Shown here one piece after another: positions 19,136-27,549 of a DNA stretch of 36,627 nt (position 1 is the first letter of the stretch; each line of letters begins with the position of its first letter). Source of the stretch: a virus (lineage: Duplodnaviria > Caudoviricetes); the IMG/VR virus record IMGVR_UViG_3300032212_000080, positions 1-36,627 of that record. One strand, 5' to 3'. The notes beneath the pieces were generated by a model. The model saw nothing but the letters and a program-made list of their open reading frames with translations, ran no database searches and was not told the DNA's origin. Position numbers and translations under genes: made by a program.

Positions 19136-19625
19136 GGCGATCACCTGCGGGCTGGTCGAGAAGGGCCTCCAAGATGCGTTCTCGATGATCTCTATCAGCC
19201 CCTTCCATAGCTTCTTTCTCGGTCGTGAAGTAGGGTGCGCCCTTTCCGCTGACGATATGCCCCGCGTAGCCTGAACGAGAATACCCCCAATGCCCCATCT
19301 TGAATCTGACAGAGTAGGCTGTTCGCCCACAGCGCCCAATTCGGCAATCCTGCCCCTCGGGTATATCATACCAAGTCAGAGGCTTTATCTGCACCGCCTC
19401 CCTGATTCCCTTGGCCCGCGCCTCGGCAAGCATGGCGGGGATAAGGTCGGTGCGGGTGTTCCATATGGTGATCGCATCCCCTGGCTTTTGCCACCCACCA
19501 AGTTCGGCACTACAATCTTCACACCTAACATTCTCGCGCGGACCCCCGTCTGTCATGTATTCTGAAAATTCTACGTCTTCGCTGCCACAAAACGGGCAGG
19601 GCATCATTTCCGGTGCATCAGTCAT
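19128..19625 (-). CDS. Lar-family restriction-alleviation-like zinc protein
   Basis: PCPFCGS...VRCEDC...AITIWNTR motif. Confidence 0.65.
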   Translation of the reverse strand: MTDAPEMMPCPFCGSEDVEFSEYMTDGGPRENVRCEDCSAELGGWQKPGDAITIWNTRTDLIPAMLAEARAKGIREAVQIKPLTWYDIPEGQDCRIGRCGRTAYSVRFKMGHWGYSRSGYAGHIVSGKGAPYFTTEKEAMEGADRDHRERILEALLDQPAGDRHE

Positions 19626-20029
19626 TTGTCATCTCCATCGGTTACGTAGCCCATCGGGATAGGCATCCATGCTACCACTTGATCCATACGCATCAGGCCA
19701 TCACCGACGATTGAAAACATGCCGTGAATATCCTCCCAGTCGTTGTCCTGATCCCCCGCGTAGTAAACCATGTCAGTGTAACGCTCACCTCCGGTGTCAT
19801 TAATGACCCAAAGATCAATAGGGGTGCCATCTTTTGGTGCGCTGGCCATACTGCGCCAACCGGACAAGACAGCTAGTATTCTGTCAGCAGAAATACGCGC
19901 TTCGGTTTGGGCATAGCTGTTTCCGTTTTCAACCCACGGCGGGGCAAGGTCTCCGGTGTTGTTTGCGCAGGCCCACGCCATCGCTTCATAAATGTGTTTG
20001 GCAACTGTTTCACGCATTATCTCAGTCAT
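19622..20029 (-). CDS. DUF551-like phage protein
   Basis: WRSMASAPKDGTPIDLW...VAWMPIP motif. Confidence 0.6.
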   Translation of the reverse strand: MTEIMRETVAKHIYEAMAWACANNTGDLAPPWVENGNSYAQTEARISADRILAVLSGWRSMASAPKDGTPIDLWVINDTGGERYTDMVYYAGDQDNDWEDIHGMFSIVGDGLMRMDQVVAWMPIPMGYVTDGDDK

Positions 20030-20033
20030 TAGT

Positions 20034-20381
20034 CTATCCTTTCTTTAAGGCGCGGATAGCGTCTCTGATTTCGCTTGCCATGGCCGGTATGCGGATCGAA
20101 GCCAGATTAAGTCGCCGTTCGTTTTCGCGCATCGCCTCGTGCGCCGCCGTCTCAATCGCTGCGTTCCATGCCTCGTCCCGTTCGGCATCGGCTTTCTCTG
20201 CGATGTCTAGAAGGGCGCGGAGGACGAGGCCAGTTTCTTCAAGCATGTCTGAGTTGGACCGAATAACCCTGTTCTCGCTGTCGCTCCCTATACTAGTCCA
20301 CCCGTCCATTTCCTTTGACAGGGCGGCGCTAAGGTTTGAGAGCATCTGAACACGCTCCCGGCTCGTGTCTATCTCGGTCAT
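20034..20381 (-). CDS. Hypothetical protein
   Basis: 115 aa, AWNAAIETAA...IRDAIRALK, coupled start. Confidence 0.6.
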   Translation of the reverse strand: MTEIDTSRERVQMLSNLSAALSKEMDGWTSIGSDSENRVIRSNSDMLEETGLVLRALLDIAEKADAERDEAWNAAIETAAHEAMRENERRLNLASIRIPAMASEIRDAIRALKKG

Positions 20382-20566
20382 TGGTCGGCGTCCTCAAAAT
20401 CATCCCAATAATCACAGCCACCATCAAAGCCGGTCCCGCAGCAATATTCGCACGGCTCGTCATCCCATCCGCAAATGCAGGCTTCCGGCCAGCAATCGCA
20501 GCGGATGTAGCCACGTCCATTGCAGATCGTGCATGGCTTCGGCTTTTTGTCTGGCGTCTCGGTCAT
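20378..20566 (-). CDS. DnaJ-like CxxCxGxG zinc-finger protein
   Basis: CTICNGRG and CEYCCGTG. Confidence 0.65.
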   Translation of the reverse strand: MTETPDKKPKPCTICNGRGYIRCDCWPEACICGWDDEPCEYCCGTGFDGGCDYWDDFEDADQ

Positions 20567-20940
20567 TGGCCGTCTCCTTTCCGCAGGGAGCTTATGCGCT
20601 TGATGATGCTCTCACACGCCGGGTGCTTTGGTGTCCAAGCGGCATCTGACAGGATGAAATTCAGCGCGTGATCCCGCGATTTAATCCCCGCTTCCAGCCT
20701 CTCCACCTCGTCCACCATGGCGGTGAGGGCGGCGTGAAGGTCAGGCGCGGCGGCGATGATTTCCCAATCACCCTCGGTCTCAGGAACCCACGGGTAGTAG
20801 GTTTCGTCGCACATAAGGCTGGTATTATCTGCTGATCGCAGATGTGAGGAGCCGCGCTCATATAATATACGCCACGGTCCCGGCGTGTATCCGGTCAGTC
20901 GCTCGGCCAGCGCGCGGGCTTCTTCGGGGGTGGGGGTCAT
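20563..20940 (-). CDS. Ead/Ea22-like protein
   Basis: TPGPW...IIAAAPDL motif followed by a coiled coil. Confidence 0.6.
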   Translation of the reverse strand: MTPTPEEARALAERLTGYTPGPWRILYERGSSHLRSADNTSLMCDETYYPWVPETEGDWEIIAAAPDLHAALTAMVDEVERLEAGIKSRDHALNFILSDAAWTPKHPACESIIKRISSLRKGDGQ

Positions 20941-21158
20941 TGGGGCACCTGTGCAGTCGGCTCGAATTGGCACTCTTCTAAGCGAAATTCGCGCTCAGCG
21001 CCCTTGTCGTGGTCAAAAGCCAGTAGCAGCCAACCCGGCATTGGGTGCCAGTCGGTCACACCCCAACGCAAGCCAAGAGGGGTGGCCCACCTACGCGCCG
21101 TAACGCCTCTGTGATTGGTATATGTGAAACACATACTTCGGAATGATAGATCGCTCAT
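20937..21158 (-). CDS. Stand-alone WYL-like domain protein
   Basis: FTYTNHRG...RR..P.....WLLLAFDHDKGAEREFRL matches the WYL pattern. Confidence 0.6.
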   Translation of the reverse strand: MSDLSFRSMCFTYTNHRGVTARRWATPLGLRWGVTDWHPMPGWLLLAFDHDKGAEREFRLEECQFEPTAQVPQ

Positions 21159-21232
21159 CTTCTTTCTCCTTTCGTTTCATTCTGCGGGCCATACGGGGGA
21201 GAGACCACCCGACCCGCAAGCGACCGGGGCCG

Positions 21233-21466
21233 CTATTCGGTTGATCTGCGTTCCATCCATGCCATGCGGCAAAGGCGATCCGCGAAGGCAATCACGCTGT
21301 CTGGTTCCGCGTCTGGACGGCCAAGGACATGCTCGGTGAATAGGTCACAACATGCCTCAAAGCCAAGACCGCGCATTCCTTCAAGGGCTGTTTCGCGGGC
21401 GTCATCTTCTTGGTCGCGCTGCGCCTTAGTGCCCTCAAGGTCGGCTATTGTCTGCCAGCGGTTCAT
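21233..21466 (-). CDS. Hypothetical protein
   Basis: 77 aa, ATGA coupling. Confidence 0.55.
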   Translation of the reverse strand: MNRWQTIADLEGTKAQRDQEDDARETALEGMRGLGFEACCDLFTEHVLGRPDAEPDSVIAFADRLCRMAWMERRSTE

Positions 21467-22026
21467 GGCGTCACCAGCATTTCGCGCAGTTGGCGTTCTT
21501 GAGCATCACTCGCAGCATCCCTCGCAGCAGCCCACGCAGCATCCCACGCAGCATCCCTCGCAGCAGCCCACGCAGCATCCCACGCAGCATCACTCGCAGC
21601 ATCCCTCGCAGCAGCCCACGCAGCAGCCCTCGCAGCATCACTCGCAGCATCACTCGCAGCATCACTCGCAGCAGCCCACGCAGCAGCCCTCGCAGCATCA
21701 CTCTCTTCCCATGTAGCGTCGTCATTGCGCAACATAGTAATTTGATCATAAACGCGCGTATCGCCGGGGAACTCCTTTTCAAAAATGTGCAAGACTTGTT
21801 CCGCGCACCACGCTTGAAAGTGGCGTGACAAGCGATCATCAGGCATCGCAAATGAAAGCACCCAAAGCGCGTCGTCTAGGCAATTGCTATCCAGAACCTC
21901 AATCAGGTTCAGAGGCTCGTTATCAGCCTTCGTTTTGCCGAGATGGGTAAGCAACTTTTCCAAGCCATCAGCGCAAGGTTGCGCGGCTCGAATGGCGTTC
22001 AGTGTTGTGGTTGATGCGTATTTCAT
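21463..22026 (-). CDS. Protein with [DA]AA[WRS] repeats, possible Imm5-like domain
   Basis: AWCAEQVLHIFE...PGDTR motif followed by an Ala-rich tetrapeptide array. Confidence 0.7.
   Translation of the reverse strand: MKYASTTTLNAIRAAQPCADGLEKLLTHLGKTKADNEPLNLIEVLDSNCLDDALWVLSFAMPDDRLSRHFQAWCAEQVLHIFEKEFPGDTRVYDQITMLRNDDATWEESDAARAAAWAAASDAASDAASDAARAAAWAAARDAASDAAWDAAWAAARDAAWDAAWAAARDAASDAQERQLREMLVTP
21499..21702 (-). repeat. 12-bp coding tandem repeat, about 16 units
   Basis: cgcagcatcact / cgcagcagccca / cgcagcatccct variants. Confidence 0.9.
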
Positions 22027-22106
22027 GGCGTCACCAACCAGATAACGGCAAAAACAGTGAACAGGCAGATGCAGCCGATCATGCTTTCCAGGTGAATGCG
22101 GTTCAT
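22023..22106 (-). CDS. 27-aa hydrophobic peptide
   Basis: MNRIHLESMIGCICLFTVFAVIWLVTP, ATGA overlaps at both ends. Confidence 0.55.
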   Translation of the reverse strand: MNRIHLESMIGCICLFTVFAVIWLVTP

Positions 22107-22543
22107 TTGGATTGCTCCAATCTATCCGCTTCTGCGTTCGCGGCGTCGTTCAATTCGACCAAGAGGCGCATTAATTCAGCGGCCCGTTTCTCGCCAAACT
22201 CCGGCACGTATAGGGCAAGAGTCCCGGCCCGCTCCCGAGCGTCGAAGTCGTCACTGTCTTGCAGGTCATCAATCGCGCAAAGCAGCATACGAACATCTGC
22301 CGCCACCGCCTCGATAAGAGACAGCGGCGTGACCGGCTCTTGGTCGTCATAGAAGTCAGCCCAATCGGCCCCGTCCATCTCGTTCGGGTCCAATCCTGCG
22401 GCGTATGCCTCAACGTGCATGTTGGCTATTTCACCCATCTTCTCTCTCCTTTTCTCTTCTTTCGCCCGCGCCTCGGCAAGCATCGCGGCCCAAGCCATCG
22501 AACCGCTCAGGTAGTCGTCGTTAAATGTTGGGTCTCGCTTCAT
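22103..22543 (-). CDS. Acidic hypothetical protein
   Basis: Start MKRDPTF follows GAGAGAG. Confidence 0.55.
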   Translation of the reverse strand: MKRDPTFNDDYLSGSMAWAAMLAEARAKEEKRREKMGEIANMHVEAYAAGLDPNEMDGADWADFYDDQEPVTPLSLIEAVAADVRMLLCAIDDLQDSDDFDARERAGTLALYVPEFGEKRAAELMRLLVELNDAANAEADRLEQSK

Positions 22544-22676
22544 GTTCACTCTCTCAAAAATCCCAGGCGACCGGCTGGGTAACACAGTCGCCGGGGTGAG
22601 TTGGCGGGCCCGAGGAAGGGGCAAGCCCGCGGCAGTATCTCGAATTACCTCAGCAAGTGCCCACGTCCCGCGTCGA

Positions 22677-22994
22677 TCATGTCGCGGCTGACCATTCGTT
22701 CGCGTATCCTTCGCAAACACTGTAATATGCGTTGACAAATTCGTGCAGTTCATAGACTTCCGCGCAGGCGTTGGGGCTTGCCTCGTCCATCAGCGCGGCT
22801 TGGATTGTTGCGCCGATCAGATCACCGGCGTCGGTGCCCTTCCCGGCTTTCTGCACAAGCCATTCCGTCATGAGGCCAATGGTGTCATATTCGCCAAGAT
22901 CGGCAACAATGGCGTCAAGGCGCGGCAGGTTGTTCACGTAGAACGCGAGGCGCGCGGCGTGGTCATGAGCGTTCATTTCTTCAATCTCTATCAT
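22677..22994 (-). CDS. Hypothetical protein
   Basis: 105-aa ORF in the leftward operon. Confidence 0.55.
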   Translation of the reverse strand: MIEIEEMNAHDHAARLAFYVNNLPRLDAIVADLGEYDTIGLMTEWLVQKAGKGTDAGDLIGATIQAALMDEASPNACAEVYELHEFVNAYYSVCEGYANEWSAAT

Positions 22995-23364
22995 GCGTCA
23001 GAAGGTTTTCGGTCATGGCTTGAAGGCGTTCGGAAAGCGGATCAGTGAACTCGGCTTCAAATCCGACCTCCCGGAGGTTATCGACTGCGCGGCCAAATTG
23101 CTTAACCGCCTCTTTTTTCTTGTGGTTCTCGACAGGATCATATGCGGCGATCTTTTCATCAGCGGCATCGAAAACGTCTTCCAGAGATGCTCTGGATACG
23201 TTGTCAAATTTCCCCGGAATATCTCCGTCGCGGCCTGTCCTGATCCAGATATACACGTCTCCACTTCCGGTGACGTTCAACTCGCAATCAGGCGTGATGT
23301 AGCCCTTGTCGATAAGGGCGATGTCCATCGCTGCGATGCGATCTTGAATTTCAAAAAGGATCAT
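22981..23364 (-). CDS. Hypothetical protein
   Basis: RBS AAAGGA, starts MILFEIQDRI. Confidence 0.6.
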   Translation of the reverse strand: MILFEIQDRIAAMDIALIDKGYITPDCELNVTGSGDVYIWIRTGRDGDIPGKFDNVSRASLEDVFDAADEKIAAYDPVENHKKKEAVKQFGRAVDNLREVGFEAEFTDPLSERLQAMTENLLTHDRD

Positions 23365-23629
23365 GCTGCGTCCTTTCCATTCAGGCAGCCGCGCGCGATC
23401 CACGCAGCGAAGTGTTCTGGGCTGCCCCAACACGCGCTAGGAGTTTCGTTGTAGAAAAAACGCACCCACTCGAACATGCAATCTCGGTTCATATCGTCGG
23501 CCTTCCCGAATGCGCCTTTGAGGTCATTAGAAATAACAGCATCAAGAAATGAGCCGGGAGGAATGCCGCGTTCGATATAGCGGCGCGCCCGTCTATCATG
23601 TGTGACGGAATTTTGGTGTAATCGCTCAT
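23361..23629 (-). pseudogene. Frameshifted phage gene (about 89 aa if 1 nt is restored near 23588)
   Basis: AGGAA then ATG gives MSDYTKIPSHMIDG. The -1 frame continues ARRYIERGIPPGSFLDAVISNDL...NETPSACWGSPE. Span is 269 nt. Confidence 0.7.
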
Positions 23630-23668
23630 ATCAGGTTCCTTTTGGTTCGATGCCATGGCCCGCGTGGG

Positions 23669-24352
23669 TTAGGTGGTGATGTCGCGGCCATTCGCCTTGG
23701 CGACACCCAGCAAAAAATCCTTGTGCCCGCGCCAGAATTTCAGCGCGGCCTTACCGTCCATCTCGGCAATCCGCCGATCATCGAATGAGGCCCAATCAGA
23801 CAAGGCGTGACACTCACAACCGATCACCATATCGCTGTCGGAAATGGTGACGTTCCACGTCAGACCTTGGATGTGTATCGGGGAGACCCGCGCATTGCCG
23901 TAGACCCGCGCATCGCCGTGGACCCGCGCATTGCCGCAGACCAGCGCATCGCCGTAGACCCGCGCATTGCCGTGGACCCGCGCATTGCCGTGGACCAGCG
24001 CATCGCCGCAGACCAGCGCATCGCCGTAGACCCGCGCATTGCCGTGGGCCCGCGCATTGCCGCAGACCAGCGCATCGCCGTAGACCCGCGCATTGCCGTG
24101 GACCCGCGCATTGCCGTGGACCCGCGCATTGCCGTGGACCCGCGCATTGCCGCAGACCAGCGCATCGCCGTAGACCCGCGCATTGCCGTAGACCCACGCA
24201 TTGCCGGAATGGTCCAGATTACCCTCAGCCGCCACATAGCCGCCCAGATCGCCCTTTGACACAGCGCCAAATGAGATCAGAGCCTTGATGCGATACAGCG
24301 TTAGGCCAAGGTGGATTTTCGTCTCGCTCGTGAATTCGTATTTCCGTTTTAT
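23669..24352 (-). CDS. Hexapeptide-repeat (left-handed beta-helix) protein with apparent ATA start
   Basis: GGGAG-8nt-ATA AAA CGG AAA TAC. KYEFT...LYRIKAL..FG.V.KGDLGGY N-domain plus 18 G[ND]A[RLW]V[YHC] repeats. Confidence 0.75.
   Translation of the reverse strand: MKRKYEFTSETKIHLGLTLYRIKALISFGAVSKGDLGGYVAAEGNLDHSGNAWVYGNARVYGDALVCGNARVHGNARVHGNARVHGNARVYGDALVCGNARAHGNARVYGDALVCGDALVHGNARVHGNARVYGDALVCGNARVHGDARVYGNARVSPIHIQGLTWNVTISDSDMVIGCECHALSDWASFDDRRIAEMDGKAALKFWRGHKDFLLGVAKANGRDITT
23882..24205 (-). repeat. 18-bp coding tandem repeat, 18 units
   Basis: gacccgcgcattgccgt[ag] variants. Confidence 0.92.
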
Positions 24353-24394
24353 GTCTGTCTCTCCCAAACTGGTGTGTCTGTTTGCTTGATTATC

Positions 24395-24423
24395 AATGTA
24401 GCGCACCACGCCACCATACGCAA
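24395..24423 (-). promoter_or_regulatory. PL-like promoter with operator
   Basis: TTGCGT-17-TACATT. The spacer and -10 hold the dyad GTGGCG-N5-CGCTAC. Confidence 0.75.
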
Positions 24424-24488
24424 GGGGAAAACGCTACATTAGAAATCTTTTCCGCCATGCACGTGCTTTTTATGGGCTGAAATCGCGC

Positions 24489-24517
24489 TTGCAAACGGTG
24501 GCGCTTGCGGCTACATT
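24489..24517 (+). promoter_or_regulatory. PR-like promoter with operator
   Basis: TTGCAA-17-TACATT with GTGGCG-N5-GGCTAC. The ATG lies 6 nt after the -10. Confidence 0.75.
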
Positions 24518-24523
24518 GCGGGC

Positions 24524-24751
24524 ATGGAACCTGCATCGACATTAATCAAGCTGCTAGGAGGGCCAAAGGAAGTTTCGGCTTTCATTGGCGTTCATCGCAC
24601 CCGCGTTTCAAAGTGGCAAGCACCGACAGATAAGGGCGGAACTGGCGGGAAAATACCAATGCGCCATTGGGACGGGTTGTTTCAACTGGCGGATCAAAAG
24701 GGCATCGCACTTACAACCGATGATCTTTATCGGCCCCAGGCAAAGCCATGA
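24524..24751 (+). CDS. cro: Cro-like HTH regulator
   Basis: LIKLLGGPKEVSAFIGVHRTRVSKW...G.IP..HW. First rightward gene. Confidence 0.75.
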   Translation: MEPASTLIKLLGGPKEVSAFIGVHRTRVSKWQAPTDKGGTGGKIPMRHWDGLFQLADQKGIALTTDDLYRPQAKP

Positions 24752-24984
24752 CACAGGCAACAGAACCCCGCGCGGCGCGGGTAAACGCCGCATCCTCCCG
24801 TCTGGTCAACTACCCGAGCGTCTCGGCGCTCGGGACTTTTCTAGGGACGGCGGCGGAACACCTTGAGGCGGTTGAGCGGCAGATTGACGAGGCCCGCGCG
24901 GCACACCGCCCGGTTGCCGATCTTCTCAAGCGTCAACGGATACTCAAAGCCCGGTGCGCGGCGTTAGGAGGGTTTCAGCAATGA
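24748..24984 (+). CDS. Hypothetical protein
   Basis: 78 aa, ATGA coupling. Confidence 0.5.
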   Translation: MTQATEPRAARVNAASSRLVNYPSVSALGTFLGTAAEHLEAVERQIDEARAAHRPVADLLKRQRILKARCAALGGFQQ

Positions 24985-25394
24985 TGACCGATTTTCAGAA
25001 GCAGCTTGCGGAAAGAGCGGTGCGCGAACCGGCGCGCGGCGGTCACATCATGGAGACGCGGAGTGACGCGGGGGACTGGTATAACTACCGCATGAGCGAC
25101 GGGACGATGGTCACCGCGCAGGTGATCAAGACGCTATCCGAAGCTGGTGTTATCGAGCCATCCGGCGATGGCCTTTTCGATGACAGCCAGACCTACCGCC
25201 TGACCCGAACACTGACCAATGAAGATCAGTATCTACGCGACCGCTTCGGCGCGGGATGGGTCTTGGCCCGCAAGGGGTCGAAAGCCGCCGTGGGCGCGGT
25301 GGGCCGGTCAGTCAGAAAATCAGAACTTCAAGAGGCGAAGTTTCTGCACGGCCTTCTCAGGGTCGGAGCGGAAATGGAAACCGCCGCAAAATAG
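24981..25394 (+). CDS. Hypothetical protein
   Basis: AGGAGG RBS, DGLFDDSQTYR motif. Confidence 0.6.
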   Translation: MMTDFQKQLAERAVREPARGGHIMETRSDAGDWYNYRMSDGTMVTAQVIKTLSEAGVIEPSGDGLFDDSQTYRLTRTLTNEDQYLRDRFGAGWVLARKGSKAAVGAVGRSVRKSELQEAKFLHGLLRVGAEMETAAK

Positions 25395-25452
25395 GCTGGC
25401 GCGGCTACCGACCGACACCAGCCCTAACCACGGCCAATGGAGGGTCGAAGAT

Positions 25453-26172
25453 ATGACAAACGTAGCAAAGATGACGGACGAAACGCAACGGGTCAGTACC
25501 GTGCCCGGAGCCAAGATATTATCCGCCATCGCTTCGGCAATGGGGCAAGTCCAGAAGGTGGCGAAAGGGGACCGCAACAAGCATGATGGTTACAACTTCG
25601 CTAGTATTGATGACTTTTTGGCCCTTGTAAATCCGATCTGCGCTGAGAATGGCCTTGTCGTTCATATGCAGGAAGCGGAGCGCGAAGATTTCACCCGGAA
25701 GGGGAAATTTGGTGACAACGCATGGATGCGCCAATCATTCGACATCACTCTCATGCACACATCCGGCGAGTCTTTGCCGCCGGTCACGCGGACAGTCGAG
25801 GTCTTGCGCAACGGCGCTCAAGCATACGGATCGGCGCAATCATACGCTCTCAAGCAATTCTGGCGTTGCATCCTACTTATCCCGACCGGGGACAAGGACG
25901 ATGCCGACCACGCACCGACCGACGCGGGAACCGTTCACAGGGATGCACCGCGCGTCCAGCCTACTGCGCCGCCGGTTGAGGCCATCGAGACCGCCAAGGA
26001 CAGTTTGTCCAATGCTGACAGCCTCGACCAGCTCCGCGCCATCTGGTCGGACCTTCCCAAGCCAGTGCAGGCGGTCGCTGACGTGATCAAGGCGAAGGAT
26101 GACCGCAAGGCCGCGTTGGAGAAGCCCGCCCACCCGGACAACTCCGATCTTGCCGACGAAATTCCCTACTGA
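25453..26172 (+). CDS. erf: ERF-family single-strand annealing protein
   Basis: K..RN....YNFASIDD...GL and QAYGSAQSYALK.....L.IPTGD.DDAD motifs, DEIPY tail. Confidence 0.85.
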   Translation: MTNVAKMTDETQRVSTVPGAKILSAIASAMGQVQKVAKGDRNKHDGYNFASIDDFLALVNPICAENGLVVHMQEAEREDFTRKGKFGDNAWMRQSFDITLMHTSGESLPPVTRTVEVLRNGAQAYGSAQSYALKQFWRCILLIPTGDKDDADHAPTDAGTVHRDAPRVQPTAPPVEAIETAKDSLSNADSLDQLRAIWSDLPKPVQAVADVIKAKDDRKAALEKPAHPDNSDLADEIPY

Positions 26173-26873
26173 TGGAGGCCGCTATGAACGCACCCGCACA
26201 AATCGGCCACAACGCGCCGCCCGATCCGATTGACGAAGCCCTTGCCCCGTATGAGGAATACATCGAGGAAGCCGAAAACTGGCTGGATGGAACGCCGATT
26301 GAAGATGAAGCGCAGATGAAGGCCGTTGATGCCATCATCAAGGAAATGCGCTCGGCCAAATCCGATCTGGCGAAGGCGAAGAAATCCGCCACAGCTCCGC
26401 TTCACGATGCCTGGAAATCGGAAATCGCGCGCTGGAAGCCGACCGAGGACGACATTGAACGCCGCCTCAAGGGGCTTGCCGCCGTTGTCGATCCGTTCAA
26501 GCGGCAACTGGCAGAGAAGAAGGAAGCCGCCAAGCGCGCCGCCTATGAGGAAGCCCGCCGGAAGGAGCGTGAAGCCGAAGAGGCCGCGCGGAAAGCCGAC
26601 GCATCAAACTACGAGGCGCAGGTCGAGGCCGACCGGAAGGCGCATGAAGCTATGGAGGCGAAGAAAGCCGCCAGCGCCGCCAACAAGGACACCGTGAAGG
26701 GTCTTCGCACAGTCACGCGATACGAGGTCGAAGATCACCGCGCCGCGCTTCATTGGATCGCCACAAACGACCGGGACGCCATTACGGCATTCATAGACGA
26801 ATACGTTAGGCGCAACCACAAGACCGCCAGCATCGAGGGCGTAAAGGTATGGCAGGACAAGGAGGCATATTGA
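26172..26873 (+). CDS. Coiled-coil protein of the recombination module
   Basis: IGHNAPPDP start, long Ala/Glu/Lys helix. Confidence 0.65.
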   Translation: MEAAMNAPAQIGHNAPPDPIDEALAPYEEYIEEAENWLDGTPIEDEAQMKAVDAIIKEMRSAKSDLAKAKKSATAPLHDAWKSEIARWKPTEDDIERRLKGLAAVVDPFKRQLAEKKEAAKRAAYEEARRKEREAEEAARKADASNYEAQVEADRKAHEAMEAKKAASAANKDTVKGLRTVTRYEVEDHRAALHWIATNDRDAITAFIDEYVRRNHKTASIEGVKVWQDKEAY

Positions 26874-27097
26874 TGGACTGGCCCGCAGAAAAGGACCGCA
26901 TCACAGCGCGCATGAAGGCTTGCAAGACCATCCAGCAGCTGCATGGCGTATGGATAGCGGAGTTGCCTGCTATCCGCGCTTTGGGGGACGGTGACAAGCC
27001 TCTCTGGCATCAGGTTGTGAACTTGAAGGAATACCTGAAGGCAAAGCTGATTGATGATCCGGCCATGCAGCCCCCGCCGATGGATGATGGCGCATGA
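26873..27097 (+). CDS. Hypothetical protein
   Basis: TGATG coupling and GGAGG RBS. Confidence 0.55.
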   Translation: MDWPAEKDRITARMKACKTIQQLHGVWIAELPAIRALGDGDKPLWHQVVNLKEYLKAKLIDDPAMQPPPMDDGA

Positions 27098-27549
27098 CGG
27101 GACAGACGATAACGCTCATTGGACCAAAACAGCGCGATCTTGCATTGAGTAAGGTAGCTCTGGCCCCAGATGGTGCGCGCGTCATCATAACTGACGCCAA
27201 GGAAAGCCGAACAGCGCAGCAGAACCGGACCCTGCACATGTGGTTCGGAGAGGTCGCAAAACAGCAATCCGATCTGGACGCATCCGAGGTCAAGGGCATG
27301 TGCCATAGGCGTTGGGGACTATCGATCAAGCTGCGTTGTCCCCGGTTTGCATGGATTTGGGAAAACTCGGGCCAGCGCCTGCCATACGAAAAGCAGTGCA
27401 GCCTTTTGGCCAGCGGAATCTTGAATGTGTCTAGCAGCATGAGCATCGAGGAATTGAGCGAATACATGGACGCCATGTCACGGCATTTCCGCTCCGATGG
27501 GGTTCACCTGACCGATCCAGAACTGCGCAAATACGAGGGCGCGGAATGA
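27094..27549 (+). CDS. ninB: NinB/Orf-like recombination protein
   Basis: RTAQQNRTLHMWFGEVAKQ and SSSMSIEELSEYMD motifs. Confidence 0.78.
   Translation: MTGQTITLIGPKQRDLALSKVALAPDGARVIITDAKESRTAQQNRTLHMWFGEVAKQQSDLDASEVKGMCHRRWGLSIKLRCPRFAWIWENSGQRLPYEKQCSLLASGILNVSSSMSIEELSEYMDAMSRHFRSDGVHLTDPELRKYEGAE

Noticed and set aside
23882-24205. CRISPR array
   Set aside because: These are contiguous 18-bp in-frame coding repeats with no spacers. The same applies to 21499-21702.
23807-24270. Alternative-frame repeat ORFs (VDPRIA, GPRQCA, AMRGST)
   Set aside because: They are by-products of a stop-free repeat. Only the GNARVY frame has a recognisable domain and RBS.
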